Source: Cellulomonas sp. (GTDB lineage: Bacteria > Actinomycetota > Actinomycetes > Actinomycetales > Cellulomonadaceae). From it: a DNA stretch of 64,000 nt. The notes beneath the pieces were generated by a model. The model saw only the letters and a list, made by a program, of their open reading frames with translations. It was not told the DNA's origin and made no database searches. Of this stretch, positions 38,623 through 49,086 are shown piece by piece; position 1 is the stretch's first letter; the number at the start of each line of letters is the position of its first letter. The stretch lies in NCBI GenBank assembly GCA_036404115.1, contig DASWPG010000053.1, positions 11,566 through 75,565 of the forward strand, in the 5' to 3' direction. Both the position numbers and the translations under genes were made by a program.

Positions 38623-40145
38623 CGGTGCAGCTCCTTGTCGACCAGCTCTGCCCAGAGCTCGTCCGCGTAGGTGTCCCAGGTCCGGGCCGGCCGGGCGAGC
38701 GCCTCGTGCCGGAGCCGGTCCAGCTCGGCGTCGTCGGTCAGCAGGGTGCGCATCACCGCCAGCAGCTGGTCGTCGTCCCGGGGGTCCACCAGCAGGCAGC
38801 CGCCCTCGGCCGCGATCTCCCGCATGCTGCCGAAGCCGCTGGTGATCACGGGCAGGCCGACGGCCAGCGCCTCGGCGACCGGCAGGCCGTAGCCCTCGTG
38901 CAGCGAGGGGAAGACCATGAACCGGGCGCCGGCGTAGGCCTGCGCGAGCGCGTGGTCGGACAGGCCGCGCAGCACGCGCACCGGGCGGCCCTTGGCCTGC
39001 AGGGCCGCCAGGGTGGCCTCGAAGTCGCGCATCTCCCAGCCCTCGCGCCCCACGAAGGTCAGGTCCAGCTCGACGCCCTCGCGCCACAGCCGCTCGGCGG
39101 CGTGCATCACGGCGAGGTGGTTCTTGTGCAGCTCCTGGCTGCCGACGCACAGCACCGACCGACGGTCGGTGCGCGGGGCGGTCGTCGGCGGGTCGCCGAC
39201 CCGTTCGTGCGCGAGCACCACCTCGGACACCACCGGGCCGGGCAGCCCCTGGCTGCTCAGCGCCTGGGCGAAGCCGCGGAACTCCGCCGCGGCGGACACG
39301 CTGATCCCCGCGACGCGACGTGCGTACTTGATCAGGGTCAGGTAGCGCACGAACATCCCGGGCTCCACCCACGGGCGCAGGTCGGCGCTGACGATCGGGA
39401 TCGCGTCGTAGCCGATCGTCACCACGCTGCTGCCGGAGAACTGCGCCATCGCGGTGAGCGGGCCCGCGGTGTCGACCGCCGGCACGTCCGGCAGCACCAC
39501 CACGCTGCGCCACGGCACCACCAGCCGCGGTCGGAGCTCGTCCGGCTGGTCGTCGGTGCCGGTGGTGCGCCTGTCCTGCGGGTCCGGGTCGGCGCACGAG
39601 TCGTCCCACCGCAGCACCAGGCGCTTCTCGTGGTCGCAGAGCTCGCGCATCCCGCCGGCGCCCTCGGTCCAGGCGATCAGGGTGAGCTCGTGCCGGGCCG
39701 CCCAGCGCGGCACGGTCTCGCGGACCACCCGCTGGATCCCGGTGTGCCGGTCGCTGCTGGCGGTGTGGTTGACGTCGACCACCACGCCGCCGACCACGAG
39801 GTCCATCTCCAGGGCGGCGTCGCCGCGCTCGCCCACCATCCGCAGGCCGAGGTCCATCAGCCACAGGGTGACGGTGATCGGGTCCTCGAGCGCGAGCATG
39901 CGCCGGGCGGCCAGCACCTCGTCGGCCTCGGGCAGCGTGCCCGACACCGCGGTGAGCAGCAGCCAGATCTCCTCGTCCTGCGCGGGACGGGACCCGAGCG
40001 TGGTCACCAGGGCGTCGAGCAGCGCGGCGGCCTCGTGCTGCGGGTCGTCCACGGCGGGCGGTGCGGCGAGCAGGACCGTCGTCGCGGTCCGGAGCCGCTG
40101 GGTGAGGGCGGCCAGCACCCGAGCACCGCCCTCCACGACCGTCAC
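38619..40145 (-). CDS. GT4 glycosyltransferase, type A copy 2
   Basis: TGIQRVVR, GYDAIPIVSADL, GSQELHKNH, SLHEGYGLPVAEA; GTGA overlap with the FkbM gene. Confidence 0.9.
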   Translation of the reverse strand: MTVVEGGARVLAALTQRLRTATTVLLAAPPAVDDPQHEAAALLDALVTTLGSRPAQDEEIWLLLTAVSGTLPEADEVLAARRMLALEDPITVTLWLMDLGLRMVGERGDAALEMDLVVGGVVVDVNHTASSDRHTGIQRVVRETVPRWAARHELTLIAWTEGAGGMRELCDHEKRLVLRWDDSCADPDPQDRRTTGTDDQPDELRPRLVVPWRSVVVLPDVPAVDTAGPLTAMAQFSGSSVVTIGYDAIPIVSADLRPWVEPGMFVRYLTLIKYARRVAGISVSAAAEFRGFAQALSSQGLPGPVVSEVVLAHERVGDPPTTAPRTDRRSVLCVGSQELHKNHLAVMHAAERLWREGVELDLTFVGREGWEMRDFEATLAALQAKGRPVRVLRGLSDHALAQAYAGARFMVFPSLHEGYGLPVAEALAVGLPVITSGFGSMREIAAEGGCLLVDPRDDDQLLAVMRTLLTDDAELDRLRHEALARPARTWDTYADELWAELVDKELHR

Positions 40146-41140
40146 GCGCGCCTCATCAGGCGGCTGACCAGCCGCAGCGGCCGGGTGACCCGCCAGGACA
40201 GCGTCCGACGGGTCTTCTCCAGCTCGCTGCGGTGCGCGGCGAGCGCCGCAGCGGTGTGCTCGTGCTCGTGGTGCAGCACCGCGAGCTGACGCTGCAGCTC
40301 CGGCACCTCCGGCTCGTGCCGGGGCACGAGGCTCTCGGCCCAGCGGGACAGGGCCGCGGTGCGCCAGCGCAGCGTGTCCTGGATCACCTCGAGGCGGACC
40401 TGCTCGAGGTGGGCGATCCGGTCCTGCGCCGCGGCGAGGTGCCAGGTGCGGTAGCCGTCCAGCACGCACGCCGGGTAGCGCAGCGCGTCGCCGAGCTGAG
40501 CGGCGTGCTCCTCGGCGACGTAGAACCGGGACAGCCCGTCGAACAGGCAGAAGACGTAGCCGGCGGCCAGCACCCCGGGCTCCCACGACTCGTGGGTGGG
40601 GGTGACCGAGTTCGGCGCGGTCGACTCGATGCACAGCACCCAGGGCCGGAACCGTCGCAGGTCGAGACCGGACAGCACGCTGCTCTCGGCGCCCTCGGTG
40701 TCCATCACCAGGAAGTGGATCGGCTGGTCCTCCCAGCCGAGGTCGGTGAGCAGGTCGTCCAGGCGCGCGTTGCGCACCGTGAGGTCCGTGGCGTCCCGCC
40801 CGGCGCGGTGGTGCTCGTCCCGCACGCTGTCCACGGTGGTGGACAGGCCGTGCTCGGGGTACTGGTGCAGCACGGCGGTCTCGGCGGCGCTGCCGGACAC
40901 GACCCCCTCGAACAGCACGTCGTCGGGCCGCTGCTCGCGGTGCAGCGCGGCCAGGGCGGGGACCGGCTCGACGGTCAGGCCGCGCCAGCCCGCGTCGTAG
41001 AAGCCCCGGGAGACCGAGTCCTGCTGCGGGTGGTTGGCGCCGACGTCGACGTACCGGCCCTGGGGGACGCCGGCGAGCGCACGCCGGATGACGACGTCCT
41101 CGCCGTTCTGAGCGAATGAGGTGTAGGGCGACGAGGGCAC
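40142..41140 (-). CDS. FkbM-family methyltransferase with C-terminal coiled coil and SWRVTRPLR helix (WbdD-like architecture)
   Basis: SFAQNGEDV, YVDVGAN, GLTVEP, MDTEGAE, FRPWVLCIE, FDGLSRFY; heptad-like tail. Confidence 0.88.
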   Translation of the reverse strand: MPSSPYTSFAQNGEDVVIRRALAGVPQGRYVDVGANHPQQDSVSRGFYDAGWRGLTVEPVPALAALHREQRPDDVLFEGVVSGSAAETAVLHQYPEHGLSTTVDSVRDEHHRAGRDATDLTVRNARLDDLLTDLGWEDQPIHFLVMDTEGAESSVLSGLDLRRFRPWVLCIESTAPNSVTPTHESWEPGVLAAGYVFCLFDGLSRFYVAEEHAAQLGDALRYPACVLDGYRTWHLAAAQDRIAHLEQVRLEVIQDTLRWRTAALSRWAESLVPRHEPEVPELQRQLAVLHHEHEHTAAALAAHRSELEKTRRTLSWRVTRPLRLVSRLMRRA

Positions 41141-41233
41141 CGGTCGATCATAGGGCACCGACCCCTGCCGACCGGTCGGCCGAGCCGCCTGCTCGGCGGC
41201 TGCACAGCGGGTCGACAGGGACCGCCCGGCGGG

Positions 41234-42763
41234 TCAGCCGACCAGCGCCTGCCAGAGCTCGGCCGCGTAGTCGTCCCAGGTGCGGGCGGGGGCAGCGAGC
41301 GCCTCGGCCGCGAGCCGGTCGTGCAGGGCGTCGTCGGTGACCAGCGCCGTGATCGCCCGGGACAGCGCGCGGTCGTCGCGGGGGTCGACCAGGACGGCGC
41401 CGCCGTGCCGGGCGATCTCGGCCATGCTGCCGAAGTCCGAGGTGATCACCGGGGTGCCGGTGGCCAGGGACTCGGCGACCGGCAGGCCGAAGCCCTCGTT
41501 GAAGGACGGGAACACCGTGCACCGGGCGAGACGGTACGCGGCCCACAGGTCGTCGTCCGACAGCGCGGACAGGCTCTGCACCGGGCGCCCCTGCTCCTGC
41601 AGCTCGGCCATCCGGTGCCGGAACGTCATGCTGCTCCAGGAGTTGCCGCCCACGAACACCAGGGAGAAGTCGGTGCCCTCCCGCCAGGCCAGCTCGGCGG
41701 CGTGCAGCACCGCGAGGTGGTTCTTGCGCGGCTCGTGGCTGCCGACGCACAGCACGACGGGCCGGGCGCCCGGCGCGAGCCGTTCGGTCATCCGGGCCAG
41801 CGCCGCCCCGGTCGGGGCGAGCGCCTCCACCGGCAGCACCACGGGCACCACCCGCGGTCCGGGCAGGCCGGTCCCGGCGAGCATGGTGCGCCAGCCCTCG
41901 TACTCGGTGGCGGCGGCGTCGGAGATCGCACCCACCGCATCCATCTCGCGGACCGCGGCGAGGCTGGTGGAGAACGCCGCACCCATCCCGTCGCCGATCG
42001 TCTCGCCGCTGGTGATCGGCACGCAGTCGAAGCCGATCGCCCCGGTGCGGCAGTGCGCGTGCCGGGCGAGCGCGAGCGTGCGCGAGGTGCGCGGCGTCTC
42101 GGTGGCCAGCTCGACCAGCAGGAAGCTCGCGTGCCAGGGCACGATCACCCGGTGGTCGTCCGGCGCGCCGTCCTGCGGCGGCTCGCCGTCGATCGCGGTG
42201 CTCTGCTCGGCCGCCGTCAGCCGACGCAGCGCGGTGCGGTCCGAGGTCCAGCCGACCAGCACGATCTCCTGGTCCCGGGCCCAGCGCCGCGCGGTCTGGC
42301 GCGCGACCCGCTGGATCCCGGTCGCCAGCGTGGTGTGCGCCGTGTGCTCCAGGTCCACCAGCACCGCGTCGCGCACCACCTCGACCTCGCGGATCGCACG
42401 TCCTCGCGCGACCGGGCGGCCCGCGGTGCGCAGCAGGGGGGCGAGCACGGTGGCGGGGCCGTCCAGCGTGAGCCGTCGGGCGACTCCCACCACCTCCTGC
42501 TCCACCGGGAGCTGCGCCCGCAGCACGGCGAGCGTCAGCCAGACGACCGACCGGTCGGCGGTGCGGAGCAGCTGCTCCAGGGCGGCGACCAGGTCCCGGC
42601 CGGCGGTGGGCGGTTCGGCGCCCGAGAGGGTGCGGACCAGCGTGGCGGCGCGGGCCCGCATCGCCCGGGCGGTCCCGCCCGGCAGGTCCAGCGCGGTGGC
42701 GGCCAGCGCCGACCGGGTCCGGGCCACCCGGGTGCGCGCGGTCGGGGTGCGGGGCTCGCTCAT
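41234..42763 (-). CDS. GT4 glycosyltransferase, type B copy 1
   Basis: TGIQRVAR, GSHEPRKNH, SFNEGFGLPVAES. Confidence 0.9.
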   Translation of the reverse strand: MSEPRTPTARTRVARTRSALAATALDLPGGTARAMRARAATLVRTLSGAEPPTAGRDLVAALEQLLRTADRSVVWLTLAVLRAQLPVEQEVVGVARRLTLDGPATVLAPLLRTAGRPVARGRAIREVEVVRDAVLVDLEHTAHTTLATGIQRVARQTARRWARDQEIVLVGWTSDRTALRRLTAAEQSTAIDGEPPQDGAPDDHRVIVPWHASFLLVELATETPRTSRTLALARHAHCRTGAIGFDCVPITSGETIGDGMGAAFSTSLAAVREMDAVGAISDAAATEYEGWRTMLAGTGLPGPRVVPVVLPVEALAPTGAALARMTERLAPGARPVVLCVGSHEPRKNHLAVLHAAELAWREGTDFSLVFVGGNSWSSMTFRHRMAELQEQGRPVQSLSALSDDDLWAAYRLARCTVFPSFNEGFGLPVAESLATGTPVITSDFGSMAEIARHGGAVLVDPRDDRALSRAITALVTDDALHDRLAAEALAAPARTWDDYAAELWQALVG

Positions 42764-44298
42764 CGATCCACCTCCACGGTCGCGACGAGCTGGTCCCACA
42801 GCTCGGCGGCGTAGTCGTCCCAGCTGCGCACGGGCCGGCGGCGGGCCTGCGCACCGAGCTCGGCGAGCAGCGCGTCGTCCTGCAGCAGCCGGCGCATCGC
42901 CTCGAGCAGCGCCTCGTCGTCGCGGGGGTCGACCGGCAGCGTGCCGCCGTCCCGGGAGATCTCGGCGGTGGAGCCGAAGTCGCTGGTGATCGCCGGGGTG
43001 CCGACGGCCAGCGACTCGGCGATCGGCAGGCCGTAGCCCTCGTGCAGCGAGGGGAACACGGTGAACCGGGCTGTGCGGTAGGAGTCCCACAGGTCCGTGT
43101 CGCCGACCGATCGGCCGATCGTCACCGGCCGGCCGGCGCGGCGCAGGCGGCGCACGGTCCGGTCGAAGTCCTTCGAGGCCCAGCTCGACCCGCCGATGAA
43201 CCGCAGCCGGAACTCCAGGCCCTCCCGCCACAGCCGTTCCGCGGCGTGCAGCACGGCGAGGTGGTTCTTGCGCGGCTCGTGGCTGCCGACCACCAGCACC
43301 AGCGGCAGCGCCGTCGCCGCGGTCGCGCCGGCGTGCGTGCCGGCCGCGGGGACGTCGACGGGCAGCAGGCACTCGGTCACGTCGGGGCCGGGCAGGCCCT
43401 GGGCGGGCAGCATCCGGGCGAAGCCGCGGTACTCGGCGGCGGCCGTCGCGCTGATCCCGCTCACCCGGTACGCGTGCTTCACGATCGTCAGGTAGCGCAC
43501 GAAGCGGTTCGGCTCCGCGGGCGGCATCAGGTCCGCGCTGACCACCGGGATCGCGTCGTAGCCGACCATGGTCACGGCGTTGCCGGAGTGCTCGGCGAGC
43601 GCCGCGAGCATCCCGCACAGGTGCGGGGCCGGCACCTCCGGCAGCACCAGGACGCTGCGCCAGGGCACGATCAGCCGCTGCGCCGCGGTCTCGGGCTGGC
43701 GGGGTGCCTCGACCGGGCCGGACCAGGCGATCACCCGCCCGCGCTCGACCGGGGTCAGCGTGCGGGTGGTGCCCTGCGCCGTCCAGGCGACCAGCACCGG
43801 GTCGTGGTCGGCCACCCAGCGCGGCACCGCCGAACGGACCACCCGCTGGATGCCGGTGTTCAGGTTGTGCCGGGCCGAGAAGTCGACGTCCACCAGGGTG
43901 CCGCCGCGCACGATCTCGATCTCGGCCGTGGACATCCGCGCCTGGCGGAGCCGGACCAGCGCCTCGGTGAGCAGCCAGAGCGCGGCCTCGGCCACGGTGT
44001 CGAGGTCGAGCCGGCGGGTGGCCTGCCGCACCAGGGCGTCGTCGGGGTAGGTCCCGCCGAGCGCGACCAGCAGCAGCCAGACGACGTCCGTGCCGCCCTG
44101 CGAGCGCGCGTGCCGCACCAGGAGGTCGAGCAGCGCCATCGGGTCGCCGGCGTCCGGCGGCGGGACGAGGTCGAGCGCCTCGGCGGCGGCCGTGAGGCGT
44201 TGCAGCAGCGCGGCGCGGGCGGCGGGGGCCTGCGGGCTCGACCCGGTGCCGTCTGCGCCGTCCGGGCCGGTCGTGCCGCTCGGGCTGGTCGTGCTCAC
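42760..44298 (-). CDS. GT4 glycosyltransferase, type A copy 1
   Basis: TGIQRVVR, GYDAIPVVSADL, GSHEPRKNH, SLHEGYGLPIAES. Confidence 0.9.
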   Translation of the reverse strand: MSTTSPSGTTGPDGADGTGSSPQAPAARAALLQRLTAAAEALDLVPPPDAGDPMALLDLLVRHARSQGGTDVVWLLLVALGGTYPDDALVRQATRRLDLDTVAEAALWLLTEALVRLRQARMSTAEIEIVRGGTLVDVDFSARHNLNTGIQRVVRSAVPRWVADHDPVLVAWTAQGTTRTLTPVERGRVIAWSGPVEAPRQPETAAQRLIVPWRSVLVLPEVPAPHLCGMLAALAEHSGNAVTMVGYDAIPVVSADLMPPAEPNRFVRYLTIVKHAYRVSGISATAAAEYRGFARMLPAQGLPGPDVTECLLPVDVPAAGTHAGATAATALPLVLVVGSHEPRKNHLAVLHAAERLWREGLEFRLRFIGGSSWASKDFDRTVRRLRRAGRPVTIGRSVGDTDLWDSYRTARFTVFPSLHEGYGLPIAESLAVGTPAITSDFGSTAEISRDGGTLPVDPRDDEALLEAMRRLLQDDALLAELGAQARRRPVRSWDDYAAELWDQLVATVEVDR

Positions 44299-44618
44299 AG
44301 CGCCTGCTTGACCCGGGTGATCAGCCGCCGCACGCCGCGCAGCGGCCGGGTGACGCGCCAGGAGAGCGTCGCCTTCATCGCCTCGACCTCGTCGGAGACG
44401 AAGCCCGAGTCGAGGTCGACGCCCTGCCGGGTCCGGGCGACCGTCTCGGTCCAGGAGCTGAGCGCCTGGGCGCGCCAGGTCGCGGCCTCGGCATCGAGCT
44501 CGTCGACCCGCGCCGTCAGCTCCGCGACCTGCTCGCGCAGCCGGGCGGCGTCGTCGTCGGGGGCAGGGACGGCGGACGTCGGCGATGGGTCGGTCGGGGG
44601 CAGCGGGCTCTCGGGCAC
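44295..44618 (-). CDS. 107-aa stand-alone coiled-coil protein homologous to the FkbM C-terminal tail
   Basis: LREQVAELTARVDELDAE coil, WRAQALSSW and TLSWRVTRPLR; GTGA overlap with the next GT4; TAGACT -10 box 8 nt before the GTG. Confidence 0.8.
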   Translation of the reverse strand: MPESPLPPTDPSPTSAVPAPDDDAARLREQVAELTARVDELDAEAATWRAQALSSWTETVARTRQGVDLDSGFVSDEVEAMKATLSWRVTRPLRGVRRLITRVKQAL

Positions 44619-44783
44619 AGCAGCGCAGTCTAGGCGGTCGGCCCGGTCCCGACGCCGCAGGGTGCCCGCACCCGACGGCGCGGCGTCCCGCGGCGCGGGT
44701 CGGCCGGATCGGCCTCGGGCTGCACGACGACCCGGTACGATCGGCCAGCCAGCACCACAGTCACCGAATCGAGTTGGGTTCCG

Positions 44784-45770
<987 letters not shown>

Positions 45771-45774
45771 CGCC

Positions 45775-46773
45775 GTGACCGTGGCACTGGTGACCGGGGC
45801 GACCGGTCAGGACGGCTCCTACCTGTGCGAGCGGCTCGCGGCCGAGGGGGTCCGGGTGCACGCGCTGGTGCGTGCGGTCACGGGCCCCGAGCGGGACCCC
45901 GGTCTCGACGACCTGCTGCGCCGGACGCCGGACGTCGTCGTGCACGAGGGCGACCTCGCGGACGGCCCAGCGCTGTCCGACCTCCTGCAGCAGGTCGCGC
46001 CGGACGAGGTGTACAACCTCGCCGGGATCTCGTCGGTGGCGTACTCCTGGCAGGAGCCCGCGCTGACCGGTCTGCTGTCCGGCGTCGCGGTCGCCTCGGT
46101 GCTGGACGGTGCGCTGCGGGTGCAGCGCGCCACCGGTCGGCCGGTGCGGGTGGTGCAGGCGTCGAGCGCGGAGATCTTCGGCGACGCGACCGAGGTGCCG
46201 CAGAACGAGTCCACCCCGGTGCGTCCCCGGTCGCCGTACGGCGCGGCCAAGGCGTACGCCCACCAGATGGTCGGTGTCTCCCGGTCCCAGGGGCTGCACG
46301 CCTCGTCGGTGATCCTGTACAACCACGAGTCGCCGCGCCGGCCGCTGTCCTTCGTGACCCGCAAGATCACCCACGGCGTCGCGCGGATCGCGGCCGGTCT
46401 CGACACCGAGCTCACCCTCGGCTCGACCGACGTCACGCGGGACTGGGGCTGGGCGCCGGACTACGTCGAGGCGATGGTGCTGGCTGCCCGGCACGACGAG
46501 CCGGACGACTTCGTGGTCGCCACCGGGGAGCCGCACACGGTCGCGGACTTCGTCCGGGCGGCGTTCGAGCGTGCGGGTGTGCCGGACTGGGCGGACCGGG
46601 TCCGCACGGACCCGGCGTTCGTGCGGCCCGCGGAGTCGACGGTCCAGCTCGGCGACGCGACCAAGGCGCACCAGGTGCTGGGCTGGCAGCCGACGCACCG
46701 GTTCTCCGAGGTGGTGGCGGCGATGGTCGACCACGATCTGGCCCTGCTGACGGACGACGACGGGACGAGGTAG
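45775..46773 (+). CDS. Gmd-like SDR paralogue (dehydratase or GDP-4-keto-6-deoxymannose reductase)
   Basis: GATGQDG, QASSAEIFG, SPYGAAK, NHESPRR, FVTRKI, RDWG; more divergent than the first copy. Confidence 0.8.
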   Translation: MTVALVTGATGQDGSYLCERLAAEGVRVHALVRAVTGPERDPGLDDLLRRTPDVVVHEGDLADGPALSDLLQQVAPDEVYNLAGISSVAYSWQEPALTGLLSGVAVASVLDGALRVQRATGRPVRVVQASSAEIFGDATEVPQNESTPVRPRSPYGAAKAYAHQMVGVSRSQGLHASSVILYNHESPRRPLSFVTRKITHGVARIAAGLDTELTLGSTDVTRDWGWAPDYVEAMVLAARHDEPDDFVVATGEPHTVADFVRAAFERAGVPDWADRVRTDPAFVRPAESTVQLGDATKAHQVLGWQPTHRFSEVVAAMVDHDLALLTDDDGTR

Positions 46774-46779
46774 CCGGCA

Positions 46780-49056
46780 GTGGAACCAGGGGTGCGGGGC
46801 CAGGGCGGCCTCGTGGGTCTGTGGTGGCGGTCGAGCAGGGTGCGCGAGGGTGCGACCTACCTGCTCAGCGTGCTGATGTCGCTGCTGGCGACCGTGGTGT
46901 CGCTGCAGCTGTGGCGCGCGGACTGGCGGGTGCCGTTCACCTACTACGGCGACGCGGTGGCGGTGTCCGCGCACTTCAAGACGGTGATCGAGACCGGCTG
47001 GTACGAGTCGCAGTCGCTGCTCGCCGCGCCGACCGGGCAGGTCTACCACGACTTCCCGACGGCGGATAACCTCAACTTCGCCGCCGCCCACGTGCTGTCC
47101 TGGTTCACGTCCGACTTCGCGGTCGCGGTGAACGTCTACTACGTGGTGGGCTTCCTGCTCGCGGCGCTGACCGCGGTGTGGTTCCTGCGCGAGTGCCGCG
47201 TGTCCCGCTGGCTGACGGTCCCGCTCGCGGTGCTGTACGCGATCGCGCCGTACCACTTCATCCGGGGAGAGGGCCACCTGTGGCTGGCCTCGTACTTCAC
47301 GCTGCCGCTGGCCCTGGTGGTCGTGCTGCGGGTGGTCCGGGGCGATCGGCTCTGGGGCGGGCGACCCTCCCGGTGGCGCCTGCTCGGGCTGCTGACCGGG
47401 CGCGGCGCCTCGACCCTGCTCTGCCTGGTGCTGGTCACCACCGGATCGACCTACTACGGCGTCTTCGTCGTGGTGATGATCGCGGCCGCGGCGATCGTCT
47501 CGTGGTGGCGCAGCCGGTCGTGGCGCCGGTTCGGCGGCGCGGTGGTCGCCGGCACGGTCGTGGTGGCGACGGCGCTGGCGAACATGGCGCCCGACCTGCT
47601 CTACACCCAGGAGCACGGGTCGAGCCTGACCGGCCTGGTGCGCTCGCCCGAGTGGACCGAGATCTACGCGCTCAAGCTCGCGCAGCTGCTGCTGCCGGTG
47701 CCCGGGCACCGGATCGGCATCCTCGCGACGATCCGCGAGAAGTACGACTCGGTCTACCCGCTGGTCTCCGAGTACCCCTCGCTCGGCGCGGTCGCCGCGA
47801 CCGGTCTGGTGATCGCGCTGCTGGTGGCGCTGGTGAGCCTCGGCGGGCGGCGGTCGCAGAGGCTGCCGGAGCTGACCGCCGAGCAGACCCAGCGCACCCG
47901 GACGATCGCGCTGCTGTCCGCGCTGACGCTGTTCGCGTTCCTGGTCGCGACCGTCGGCGGCCTCGCGACCTTCGTGTCCTTCGTGACCGACTCGCTGCGC
48001 GGCTGGAACCGGATGTCGATCATCATCGCGATGTTCGCGCTGGCCGTCGTCGGGCTGGTGCTGGACGCCTGGCTGAGCCGGTTCGGCCGGCGGTGGTCCT
48101 GGCGGCCGGTGACGCGCCGCAGCCTGGCCGGCGGGCTGGCGGTGCTCGTGCTGCTGGTCGGGTTCTTCGACCAGACCACGGCCGGGGACGTGCCCGACTA
48201 CGAGGCCAACGCCGCCGCGTTCGAGGCCGACGCCACCTGGGTGGCGCAGGTCGAGGACGTGATGCCGGACGACGCGATGATCTTCCAGGCGCCGTACGTC
48301 GCGTTCCCGGAGACCTCGCCGGTGAACGGGGTGTTCGACACCGACCAGCTGAAGATGTACCTGCACTCCTCGACGCTGCGCTGGTCGTCCGGCGGCATCA
48401 AGGGCCGCTCGACCACCGACTGGCCGGGGGAGGTCGAGGAGCTGCCCGCCGAGCAGATGGTCAGCTCGCTGGCTGCCGTCGGGTTCTCCGGCGTGATGAT
48501 CGACCGGCAGCGCTACGGCGAGGACGCCGCCGCGCAGATGGAGCAGGGCCTGACCGCGGTGGTCGGCGCCCCGGAGACCGAGAGCGCCGACGGGCGGTAC
48601 GCCCTGTACTCGCTGGTCGAGGCGCAGGCCCAGGTCGCCGCGGAGAACTCGGCGGAGGACGTGGCGCGGGTGGCGGAGGCGACGGTCGCCCCGGTGCTGG
48701 CCTACTCCGGGGTGGCCAAGGTGACCGCCGCCGCCGACTCGGCGTCCGGGCTCGAGGAGTGGGAGCTGGGCAGCGGCACCGGTGCGCTCGCGCTGGAGAA
48801 CGGCCGCGACCATGCCGTCACGGTGCGGATCACCGCGACGGTGAGCACCACGCAGACCACCACCTCGGTCCCGATCCAGATCGGCGACCAGCGCTACGAC
48901 GTCCCGGTGGCGGACGGCGGCGGCCAGCTGGACGTCGAGGTGGCGGTCGGGGCCGGCCAGCAGGACTTCGAGGTGCTGCCCGGGGCGGACGGGGCGGTGA
49001 CGCTGATCGGCGTGAGCGTCACGGAGGAGGACCTGCCGGTGCTCAGCCTCGGCTGA
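46780..49056 (+). CDS. Large polytopic membrane protein, putative GT-C glycosyltransferase
   Basis: Many TM helices; YYGDA after TM1, YHDFP, PYHFIRGEGH, LRGWNRMS; acidic extracellular C-terminal domain. Confidence 0.6.
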   Translation: MEPGVRGQGGLVGLWWRSSRVREGATYLLSVLMSLLATVVSLQLWRADWRVPFTYYGDAVAVSAHFKTVIETGWYESQSLLAAPTGQVYHDFPTADNLNFAAAHVLSWFTSDFAVAVNVYYVVGFLLAALTAVWFLRECRVSRWLTVPLAVLYAIAPYHFIRGEGHLWLASYFTLPLALVVVLRVVRGDRLWGGRPSRWRLLGLLTGRGASTLLCLVLVTTGSTYYGVFVVVMIAAAAIVSWWRSRSWRRFGGAVVAGTVVVATALANMAPDLLYTQEHGSSLTGLVRSPEWTEIYALKLAQLLLPVPGHRIGILATIREKYDSVYPLVSEYPSLGAVAATGLVIALLVALVSLGGRRSQRLPELTAEQTQRTRTIALLSALTLFAFLVATVGGLATFVSFVTDSLRGWNRMSIIIAMFALAVVGLVLDAWLSRFGRRWSWRPVTRRSLAGGLAVLVLLVGFFDQTTAGDVPDYEANAAAFEADATWVAQVEDVMPDDAMIFQAPYVAFPETSPVNGVFDTDQLKMYLHSSTLRWSSGGIKGRSTTDWPGEVEELPAEQMVSSLAAVGFSGVMIDRQRYGEDAAAQMEQGLTAVVGAPETESADGRYALYSLVEAQAQVAAENSAEDVARVAEATVAPVLAYSGVAKVTAAADSASGLEEWELGSGTGALALENGRDHAVTVRITATVSTTQTTTSVPIQIGDQRYDVPVADGGGQLDVEVAVGAGQQDFEVLPGADGAVTLIGVSVTEEDLPVLSLG

Positions 49057-49086
49057 GCCGGTCCGGGCGGCCCCCGCGCGGTGCCG

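Noticed and set aside
40142-41140. Methyltransferase as a DNA methylase or defence gene
   Set aside because: It has FkbM-type motifs, no DPPY/NPPY/PC motif, and a glycan-locus context.
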